Source of the DNA: Octopus vulgaris
Lineage: Eukaryota
Assembly: GCA_951406725.2 (NCBI GenBank)
Contig: OX597818.1
Coordinates: forward strand, 32,426,001 to 32,490,000
DNA: 64,000 nucleotides
Direction: 5' to 3'
Position numbers and translations under genes: made by a program. Shown here piece after piece: positions 54,379-64,000 of the stretch. Numbering within the stretch: position 1 is the stretch's first letter; each line of letters opens with the position of its first letter. The notes beneath the pieces were generated by a model that was given only the letters and a program-made list of their open reading frames with translations, ran no database searches and was not told the DNA's origin.

Positions 54379-56460
54379 TCCTAAAAGCAACAACCCTGAA
54401 ATATGTTTCTTGTTGGATAGGGTTGATGTAGAAATACATATATGCATCGAGGAAACGTGTTTTATGGTAGTAAAAGTTGGAAAAATAGGAGGTGAAACAC
54501 TGAAATTATAGAAAGCTGAGGAAAAGACTTGAGCGTGAAAGAGTATATTGTTTAAAGGGAGGAAAAAAAGTTGATGATAAATATAGACAAATGAATGATA
54601 AATAAGGGGTGTGATAAGTCTGAAGATGTGTTAGGAAAACACGAGAGGCAAATTGAATAAAAAGGTGATAGTGTTAGATAAATAAAGAAATAAAAAAAAA
54701 GAAAATGACGACGTTAAAAACGTGGTGGCGGAAGCCCATAATGAAGGTGCTGGAAAAAAGACAAAAAAATACAGAAATATGCTAAAGGAAAGTATAAAGA
54801 GATATGGGAAGATAGATGCGTTACTCAAAGAAAGCTGGTGAGGGGAAGGTAATGAATGAAAGAAAAAGTGAGAGAACACAAAAGGAAGCGGAAGTAGGAT
54901 GGTAAAAATAGGAAAAGTCGTGAGAACGAAACAAAATAACTATACAGGTAATATGGAGAGAATGGAGAGAAGTTATGAATGGAAGAAATAAATGATTAGA
55001 AAATTTCAAGGGGAGTGTATTAATTAGTAAGGATGTAGTTTGTGGTATGAAGAAGGAATAGGCGAAAAAAAAGAAGTTAGAAATGGAAAGGAAGGGTGAT
55101 CGGTAAATAGTGGAATGGTGTGAACCAGAAGTCAAAAAAGCGGATGGATGGCGGAATGTATATGAGTTATGGTTTTAAGATGCAGCATCGTTGGCTTGCC
55201 ACGTTGCAGAATTAGAGGATGTGAGGGTTTTGTTGCCAATGGTGATGGTTTAGGTGCGGTTGGTGTTTGTCTTAGTTTGGAACATTTGTGGCCAAAGAAA
55301 TGGAGAAACATTGAAGTTGAAACGATAGGCAAACATGGTATGTATGTATGTATGTATGTATGTATGTATGTATGTATGTATGTATGTATGTATGTATGTA
55401 TGTATGTATGTATGTATGTATGTATGTATGTGTGTGTGTATGTATGTATGTATGTATGTATACATGCATGTATGTATGCATGCATGTATGTATGCATGCA
55501 TGTATGTTTGTGTATTTATATATATGTATCTGTTTTTATTATAAATATATGTAAGCTAACATGGGTATATATATATGTGTATATATATATATATATATGT
55601 GTGTGTGTATGTATGCATGTATGTATGTATGTATGTATGTATGTATGCATGTATGTTTGTGTATTTATGTATATGTATCTGCATTTATTATTATATATAT
55701 ATATATATATATATATAAGCAAACATGGTATATATGTATGTGTGTGTGTATATATATATGTGTGTGTGTCCATATGTGTATGTGTATTTACGTATATATG
55801 TATGCATTCATGTATGTATGTAGAGATGTATGTACATATATATAATTTATGAATGTGTGCATATAGTGTGTGCGTGTAGCAAATTAACATTGAATTTTAA
55901 AACGTGGGTGGGACGGTTTTAAGACTATTCTTTGCACTTTATCACGGTTTAACGCCGTAAAAATGCTGTTTGGAGCACGAGCCGCACATGTCAATGTATC
56001 TCCTCTCATTCATTAAGTAAAACCATGTCCACCCAAAGAAAATATAATGTTACACAAAAGGAATGCCCATATCAGTTACTATTATTGCTAAATTTAACAT
56101 TAATACTACAAGAACTCGTATGTTGCGATAGGAAAATTAACTCTTGCGTGATTATTATCAACACACAAAAGAAAATTGAAATACTAAAAACACGCCGGAA
56201 AGATTAAAATAGAATGAAAATCACAAAGAAAACACACAATCAACTATGAAGCATGTAATGATGTTTGATAAAGCGAAAACTAAAATATTCATGTTTGTTT
56301 ATTATAATGGATTTAGAAGATGGCTTTAGTTTGCTCTATAGTTTTGTTGTATTCAGATCCAAGGATCCACACGATCTCTAGAGAGAAATATAAATGTATG
56401 ACGGTTGTGCATTTTTTTTTGAGAACGAGAAAAGCTGTGTTAAATAAAATTTATTTGTGT

Positions 56461-56636
56461 AGGAGTGGGCTGTGTGGTAAGTAGCTTGTTTACCAACTAC
56501 ATGGTTTCGGGTTCAGTCCAACTGCGTGGCACCTTGGGCAAGTGTCTTTTTACAATAGCCTCGAGCCGACCAAAGCTTTGTGAGTGGATTTCGTAGACGG
56601 AAACTGAAAGAAGCTCGTCGCATATATGTATATATA

Positions 56637-56672
<36 letters not shown>

Positions 56673-56911
56673 GTAGGTGTGTATGTGTTCCTGCGTCTGT
56701 GTTTGTCCCCCTCCCCAACAACGCTTGAGAACCGTAACTTAGCAGTTTACGTCCCCGTAACTTTGCGGTTCGGCAAAAGAGACCGATAGAATAAGTACTT
56801 GGCTTACAAAGATTAAGTCCTGGGGTCGATTTGTTCGACTAAAGACGGTGCTCCAGCATGGCCACAGTCAATTGACTGAAACAAGTAAAAGAGTAAAAAG
56901 AGTAAAAAGAG
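56461..56911 (+). mobile_element. Family A SINE, full length
   Basis: A/B boxes, CORE-like GCACCTTGGGCAAGTGTC, internal TA tract, tail stem-loop CAGTCA-AT-TGACTG, (GTAAAAAGA)n end. Confidence 0.92.
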
Positions 56912-58333
56912 CTACAAAATCTGGGAATTGAAGTAAAGAATTTAACTTGGGATTCCCGCAGTAGCTTTCACCTATTCTAATATGGCTGACCTTCAATTGT
57001 TATAAATAGTGAACTAAGTGATAATTCATTTAATGTGGTAAACACGATAATTTTAATTAGTCGTGGCAATACGCAATGCATTACGCACATACACTAAATG
57101 AACGCGTTTAACGTATATAATAGGAATTTGTACAAGCATTAGCAATTATTTCATGCACCTTATCACATTATTTTTGCTGCAAGGGGTTTTCAGTGTAGAA
57201 GCTGCATAAGTAGTTATTAAATAATTGCAGACAATAGTCTTCCCCTTTGACAATTACAATATTTCATATATGCATCTTTGGAATATATGTTCATTCTTCA
57301 CTCACATACTAAAATACGTACGCATAAATTCTTAACACACTCTCATAACACACAGTTATCCATAAGCACACTTGCTTAACATATATACTTACATACATAA
57401 TATTTATATATCATGACGGAAATGTATAACATTCAGAGAAGCCAATAAGAATTGCTATATTCTAAACATTTTTCTTTCGTAATTTTTGAGTTGCTATGGG
57501 AATAGGAAAAATGTTCTCAGTCTGAATTTCTTTTTTTTTTTTTCCTCTGATTATATTCTATCGAAGCCAAAGGAATCATTTTATAGCATTTTTCAGTAAT
57601 TATAGCTGTTCAGTATATCTTATTTATAAATTTATCTATCAGATATTCTTGTCGTTATCTACTTTGCTTTAAAATTGGAGCGTAGCGTTATGTAAGGAAA
57701 ATGTAAACACCGGTACCAGAAACATAGAAATTGTAAAAAAAAAAAAAAAAAAAAAAAAGAAACCAAGAATGACTTCCAATTACTAACAGAAGAAAGCAGC
57801 ATCAACGCCAACTGTATAACTTCACCATTCCATTAAGAACAATTGCTGCAACATCAACATCAACATCGATTAGGATTGTAACAACATGCAGTAGTAACAC
57901 ATAAGCTACAATATGACCAACAACAAGGGATGCAATATTTATCATGACTAAATGGAACATCTCCAATACTACTCTACTACTACTACAACAACAATAACTA
58001 CTACTACTACTACTACTAAAACTACTACTACGAAAACTGCTACTACTACTATTACTATCACCAACACCGCCGCCTCTACTGCTGCTGCTATCGGGTCCAC
58101 TAATTGCAATAAAGCGAGGAGGGGATACTTATCTTCGTTGCCATGGTTACCTGTAACTGCTAACAAATATTCTAAGAAATGGTTTCCAACAACATCCAAC
58201 TCTTGAGAAAGCTTCGCCTCCATCAACATCAGCGTTGCTGTTACTTTCTTCATCCGTTAAAAACCCTCCACTTGCACCCATCAAGCCTAACTAAAAAACA
58301 GCAATGGCGACATCAACGAAGGAGCCTCGACGC

Positions 58334-58520
58334 TAGTCGCTCAAACTGCTAGAAATAGCAACCAAATCTCTTTACTTACATCACATCACATTTTACCATC
58401 TTAAAGTAATAACAGAACACCTTGGATAATGTAGTCTTTTATGTACACTCGACAAAACGTGATGGTCAAGACTACAATTCGGTTGTTCATACGTCTACTC
58501 AGCAACAACAACAACAACAG
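58334..58520 (+). mobile_element. Old dispersed repeat fragment
   Basis: CTGCTAGAAATAGCAACCAAATCTC..GATGGTCAAGACT..(CAA)n; related decayed pieces at ~25550-25645, ~50600-50740 (minus), ~63345-63420 and 63965-64000. Confidence 0.5.
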
Positions 58521-59112
58521 CAAAAATGGTAATTACAATATCAGTAGTAACAGTAGTGACAAAAGTAGCTATAACCACCCCCCAAAAAAAATCCAAAAAA
58601 TAACTAAAGAACAGTCACTGTAAACTAAGGAAGTCAATTATACACATTACAAATTACCGTCAAAAAACTTCTATTAAGTAAAGATTTATTTTCGATACAA
58701 GCTGCCGAATATCATTATATATAAATTCATAATGCATTTTTATTAATTTCCTTTTCCATATAATTCTGTGATGCTTTATTATTCTCTTAGATTTGTAGGA
58801 AGTCTAATGGTGGGATGTATGTGATAATGATGTCTTATTATAGATAATTGTGATGGGAAATAGGCTGGAGTATTGAGAGTAATATATGTAAAACAACAAA
58901 TTTTCTGATGCATATTCCTGTAATACTTTAGTAAAAAACAGACTAAAGCTATGTAATGTTAGGTATATACATACATAAAGACTCTCAGGCACACACACAT
59001 ACATACATATCATGCATGTACTTATGTATATATACACACCTATCTATCTATCATCCTTCCTTTCTCCCCCCTCTCTCTCTCTCTATATATATATATATGT
59101 GTGCTCAATATG

Positions 59113-59149
<37 letters not shown>

Positions 59150-59152
59150 CTG

Positions 59153-59183
<31 letters not shown>

Positions 59184-59184
59184 T

Positions 59185-59354
59185 CTCTCATTGTTTCTCT
59201 CCTTTTTTTCTCTCCTTCTTTTTTCTGTGTACCTTTCTGCAGAAGAGCGTAGGCTCGAAACGTAAAAGACTTTTTCTATTCCTGAGCGTTATACTAATAC
59301 ATCTGTTTGTTTTGTACATCACCTGTCTTTGTCTTTTGTTTTTTCGTAAACTTT

Positions 59355-59357
<3 letters not shown>
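59185..59357 (+). mobile_element. Family H hammerhead-motif element
   Basis: Near-identical to 27950-28117; motif 59233-59268 CTTT-CTGCAGA-A-GAGC(GTAG)GCTC-GAAAC-GTA-AAAG; (TA)n flanks. Confidence 0.78.
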
Positions 59358-59411
<54 letters not shown>

Positions 59412-59416
<5 letters not shown>

Positions 59417-59435
59417 AGATACGGCGGTGCATATT

Positions 59436-59468
<33 letters not shown>

Positions 59469-59518
59469 GGCCCCTGCGCAAGGAAGATACGCAAATTCGT
59501 GAAGCGTACCATATTTCT
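59412..59518 (+). ncRNA. U6: Full-length U6 snRNA copy (retropseudogene)
   Basis: Ungapped match to metazoan U6: ACAGAGA box 59452-59458, AGC triad 59464-59466; four differences from human U6 over positions 20-105, including U74>A; 5' stem eroded; no upstream promoter context. Confidence 0.95.
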
Positions 59519-59585
59519 TAAATGGCGGTGCTCCAGCATGGCCACAGCTCGTGAGCTGAATCTAGATGAAATGAAAAAAATGAAA

Positions 59586-59588
<3 letters not shown>
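59412..59588 (+). mobile_element. U6/LINE-3'-tail chimeric retroposon inserted in (TA)n
   Basis: U6 is followed at 59524 by GGCGGTGCTCCAGCATGGCCACAGCTCGTGAGCTGAATCTAG and (ATGAA)n-like repeats; same tail as the LINE at 20883 and family A SINEs. Confidence 0.88.
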
Positions 59589-59647
<59 letters not shown>

Positions 59648-60223
59648 GCGCGCGCACGCAAACACGCACACATACGTGCTACTCAAGAAAATATCTCAAT
59701 TCATACAATACTGAGGAAAACCTTATTCAGTGTTTAACCGGTTCAGAGTTACAAAGTGAAACGAAGTTGAAAACAAAAGTATTCCATGCAAGTCATACGG
59801 TAGACTAACTTCTAACACAGCTTGCCATGTTAACAATATCTAGCTTGCAGTCTTTATGTGACCCTCGCAAAGAGAAAACGAGTCAGTCGTTAAATGAGGT
59901 CGTTTTGAAGACATCTTTGTTTAAGAAACTTATTTAGCCTAATTAACTTCTAAAGTGCTTAATTCTTATAGTAATGAATGTATAAACTAATTAATTCACG
60001 AGAGAACAAAGAATGCTCTATATACAGTTTTCCATACTTACACGTGCCAGTTAGGAATGCATCATAATTTATGCAAAATATATAAATCGGTCTGACTCTG
60101 TATGCGTGTGCGCTCGTGTGTGTGTATATAAACATACATTTATGCATGTATGCATATCGACTTATGTACACTATAGAAATGTGCGTGTATGTATATGTAT
60201 ATATATGCATGTATATATATATA

Positions 60224-60254
<31 letters not shown>

Positions 60255-60401
60255 GCATGTATATATTTATGCATGTATATGCATATATGCATGCAATCAT
60301 ATCGATTCATATATGTTATAGAGATATATGTATGTGTGTATACATTCCCGCATGCATACAAATCGATTTATATATATTATAGAAATGTGTGTGTATATGT
60401 A

Positions 60402-60440
<39 letters not shown>

Positions 60441-60484
60441 ATGCATGAGCGTGTGTGTATGTGTTTATGATACGAAAATAAATA

Positions 60485-60590
60485 TCACGAAGACGAGGTA
60501 AAAAAAACAAAATGGAGATTGGAAGAAATCTTTAACGCTTGCAGCCTGCACTCTTTAACAGAAAGAAAATATGGGGAGAGAGAAATGATC
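60485..60590 (-). mobile_element. Decayed family H copy
   Basis: TCTTTAACGCTTGCAGCCTGCACTCTTTAACAGAAAG aligns to 4588-4624. Confidence 0.55.
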
Positions 60591-60821
60591 AAGCGAAACT
60601 AAAATAGGCGATTGCCGCATGCTGAAATGATACATATACACATGCATACACACATACATACACGCATACATACACGCATACATACACACATGCATGCATA
60701 CATACATACATACATACATACATACATACATACATACATACATACATACATACATACATACATACATACATACATACATACATACATACATACATACATA
60801 CATACATACATGCATGCATGC

Positions 60822-61145
60822 ATGGACAACTGCTTAGAAACTTCCAGCTTCTATATCCAGACTATGAATTCATATTCATACCAATAACAATTGGGGCACT
60901 AGTTTTTGTTAGAAAATGCTTAAAGGAGAATCTGAATAAACTGGGATTTTCAGAAAGAGAAATCGACCGACTATTTCGGACATTGCACGTGCAATGTGTG
61001 AGTGGAACACTAAAAATATGCAAGACTTTCTCAAGTTCAAAATGTGAATTTGTCTGTGTTAACTACATCCCAAAGACGAAACCTTGTATCTTTGTTGGAA
61101 ACCTCCTCAGTGGAAAATTTATAATAATTAAAAAATAGAAGAGAC
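60822..61145 (+). mobile_element. 3' end of an RLE-encoding non-LTR retrotransposon (R4/Dong/NeSL-like) within (CATA)n
   Basis: GQLLRNFQLLYPDYEFIFIPITIGALVFVRKCLKENLNKLGFSEREIDRLFRTLHVQCVSGTLKICKTF fits the RLE C-terminus (PIxIGALG..L..LG..GTxKI); short 3' UTR; (CATA)n on both sides. Confidence 0.8.
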
Positions 61146-61266
61146 ATGCATACATACATACATACATACATACATACATACATACATACATACATACATA
61201 CATACATACATACATACATACATACATACATACATACATACATACATACATACATACATACATACA

Positions 61267-61297
<31 letters not shown>

Positions 61298-61501
61298 GTA
61301 TATGTATATGTATATCGATTAATATTGCCAGTTCTGTAGGCAATGATTTCCGAATTATTTTTCCGCTTGCTTAACAGAGCAAGTGCATGTTTGTCATTTC
61401 AACTATAATTTTCACAGCTAAGACTTACAAATAAATAAATTAGACATGATCTGCAGCGTACATGAATTTTGAAGTATTTTACACACAGCCGCAGATATAT
61501 A

Positions 61502-61547
<46 letters not shown>

Positions 61548-61706
61548 TATATATAGATACACACATATATATATCACACACACATATACATAACACACAT
61601 AACACACACACACACACATATATATATATGTGTTTGTATGTGTGTGTGTTATGTATATGTGTGTGTGATATATATATGTGTGTGTATCTATATATATATT
61701 TATCTA

Positions 61707-61780
<74 letters not shown>

Positions 61781-62276
61781 TGCATGCATACATACACATA
61801 CATACACGCACGAAAATGAAAAGACTGGGGCAAGAAAGAGAAGCATATATAAAGAATATAAAAGCATGAGTCAAATCACACATAAACAGCACCCACGCAA
61901 ACACACACATACACACACACACACACACACACTCACTCACATATGTGGTGTGTGCATGCATGTGTTTGCGTACGTGCGCATGTGTGTGTGTAAACTATTT
62001 TTCACACAAGTCGATCTACAGCATATACACAAACAATTATACGGAGCTACAACTCCAGGCAAAGCGTATAACCATTATATATTTTTTTTCTTGTTGTTTT
62101 TTTTTATTGTGTGTGTGTGTTTTTTTTTTTTTCTTTCTTTCTTCTTTTCCCCTTTCTTTCTTCTTGTTATATATATATATTATTTTCTCTTTTTTTTTTA
62201 TTTCTCCTCTCTCTTTTTCATTTGACACTTTTTTGATTGCTTCTCTCTTCTTTTTTACACACTACACCACACACAC

Positions 62277-62402
<126 letters not shown>

Positions 62403-62471
62403 CTTCATGTATGCTTTTGTAAAAGTGAGAATCAGATGTACATAATGATATATAGTGATAAAACTATATTT

Positions 62472-62514
<43 letters not shown>

Positions 62515-63433
62515 TATTTATCCTTATAGTAAGCTGCTAGGATAGGGTCCATAAGGGTGTGATGGGGGGGGGTTTATTATTATTTTTGTGTGTGTGTTTT
62601 TGTTGGGTTGGCTATAGTTGTTAGTGTTGTTAGTTGGGTAGGTTGGGGGGGGTTATGTTGTGTGTCTGTTTTTTTTTTATATATATATATAAGCTATTAT
62701 ACTGACGTTTGTCTATGAAGTCCAGCATTTCATGTCCTTTCCTTCTTCAGGGAATAAATAGAGTAATTATTCATTGCTTCAACATAAAATTCTGAGCGAA
62801 GTCTCTAATTTATTTAAAGTTTAGTATTCTGTATTGTATTGTGCATCTCATCATCTCTAATGAATCTTTTCAAATATAACGTGAATTTTGAAAGCTACTT
62901 GAAGTTAAGTATTCTATAGAATCGTTTCTGTTTTATTTTTCTATTATTTGAAGATGTACTTTTCGATGTATTTCTACTGTCGCCAGTTCACTCTTCGGGT
63001 AGTATTTGTATTTATAGCTAGTTAATTGGTATCCAAGTTCCGATTTTCAAAGTCACAACGTTTGCATTGCTACACGAGAAAAATTAAGTGAAACATAGAA
63101 TCGAGTAACAATTCAAGAACATTTAATTGATTTTTGAAGGAAAGTTCATTCCAAATGGTGAGGTTATGTTTTGTAACAATAAACCCAAACTGATTTTCTG
63201 GCTGTTGTCCGGAGATGCAAACAAGCAATAGGACAGAATAATTCCCGTTGACTCAGAAGTGAAGGAGCAAAAACCAAATAAGCACAATATCTAGTCTACC
63301 ATCATACGATTTCTTTGCACAAACATCAAGCTCTTTGTGATAGCTCTATCTGCTATAAAAAGCAGCTGATCCTTCCTGAAACCTCATCTTGCAGTTTAAA
63401 AACTGGAAGTTATTATAAATGGTATTCATTCAA

Positions 63434-63670
63434 GGCGGCGAGCTAGCAGAATCGTTAGCACGTCGGGCGAAATGCTTAGCGGTATTTCGGCTGCCGTTAC
63501 GTTGTGAGTTCAAATTCCGCCGAGGTCGACTTTGCCTTTCATCCTTTCGGGGTCGATAAATTAAGTACCAGTTAAGCACTGGGGTCGATATAATCGACTT
63601 AATACCTATGTCTGTCCCTGTTTGTCTCCTCTATGTTTAGCCCCTTGTGGACAATAAAGAAATAGAAATA
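63434..63670 (+). mobile_element. Family B SINE, full length, 11-bp TSD
   Basis: Head GGCGGCGAGCTAGCAGAATCG..GAGTTCAAATTCC; TSD GGTATTCATTC at 63421-63431 and 63671-63681. Confidence 0.92.
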
Positions 63671-63784
63671 GGTATTCATTCTATAGATATTTTTTATAGA
63701 GTGACTAATTTCATTGCTGTTGTTAAGGACGCTCTTTTCTACAGTATTAAAAAAAACTAAGTGCATGTACATAAACAAACACAT

Positions 63785-63936
63785 GGCGGACGTCTGTACA
63801 CTTTCTGTCAGCCAAATTCAACCCATAAAATATTGCCCAGACGAGGTTACGGTAGAAAGCACTTGCCTAGGGTGTTGAGTGATGGATTCAAACTCAGAAT
63901 CACGTCGTTACGAAACTAGCTTCTTAGCCACTCAGC
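63785..63936 (-). mobile_element. Old family A-related SINE head
   Basis: CCAAATTCA..CACTTGCCTAGGGTG..GGATTCAAACTCAGAATCACG..CTTCTTAGCCACTCAGC; similar decayed heads near 21530 and 35830. Confidence 0.65.
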
Positions 63937-64000
63937 TTTGTATGTACCTACAGATATACACAGATACGGAATGATCGTGGCTGGTATGCCCTTGGTTGTA

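Noticed and set aside
57952-58253. Thr-rich mucin-like ORF
   Set aside because: Derived from a degenerate (ACT)n repeat, with no splice support.
59464-59477. U6 internal AGCATGGCCCCTGC resembles tail AGCATGGCCACAGC (12/14)
   Set aside because: The fusion junction is at the U6 3' end, not at this match; probably coincidence.
59412-59518. Functional U6 snRNA gene
   Set aside because: No unique upstream PSE region, disrupted 5' stem, U74>A, interrupted terminator and a retroposon tail.

Overview
AT-rich eukaryotic DNA saturated with microsatellites. The SINE families, simple-repeat spectrum and composition point to an octopod cephalopod (Octopus-like) genome; this is inferred from the repeats, not from a database search. 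There is no intact long protein-coding gene, and almost all supplied ORFs are translations of simple repeats. Supported content: (1) four tRNA-derived SINE families, several copies with clear target-site duplications (TSDs); (2) a decayed CR1-type LINE 3' end at ~20.4-20.9 kb; (3) a full-length U6 snRNA copy fused to the same LINE 3' tail and inserted in (TA)n at 59.4-59.6 kb; (4) several short (TA)n-associated elements carrying minimal type I hammerhead ribozyme motifs; (5) fragments of RLE-type (R4/Dong-like) non-LTR elements in (CATA)n and (TAA)n tracts; (6) a decayed Helitron with PIF1 helicase and 3' hairpin/CTRR end; (7) a Tc1-like MITE with its empty site nearby; (8) candidate minus-strand exons of an unidentified spliced transcript at ~27.7-37.7 kb. 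The standout is the U6/LINE-tail chimera: a LINE, a SINE family and the U6 copy share one 3' tail whose stem-loop shows compensatory changes.
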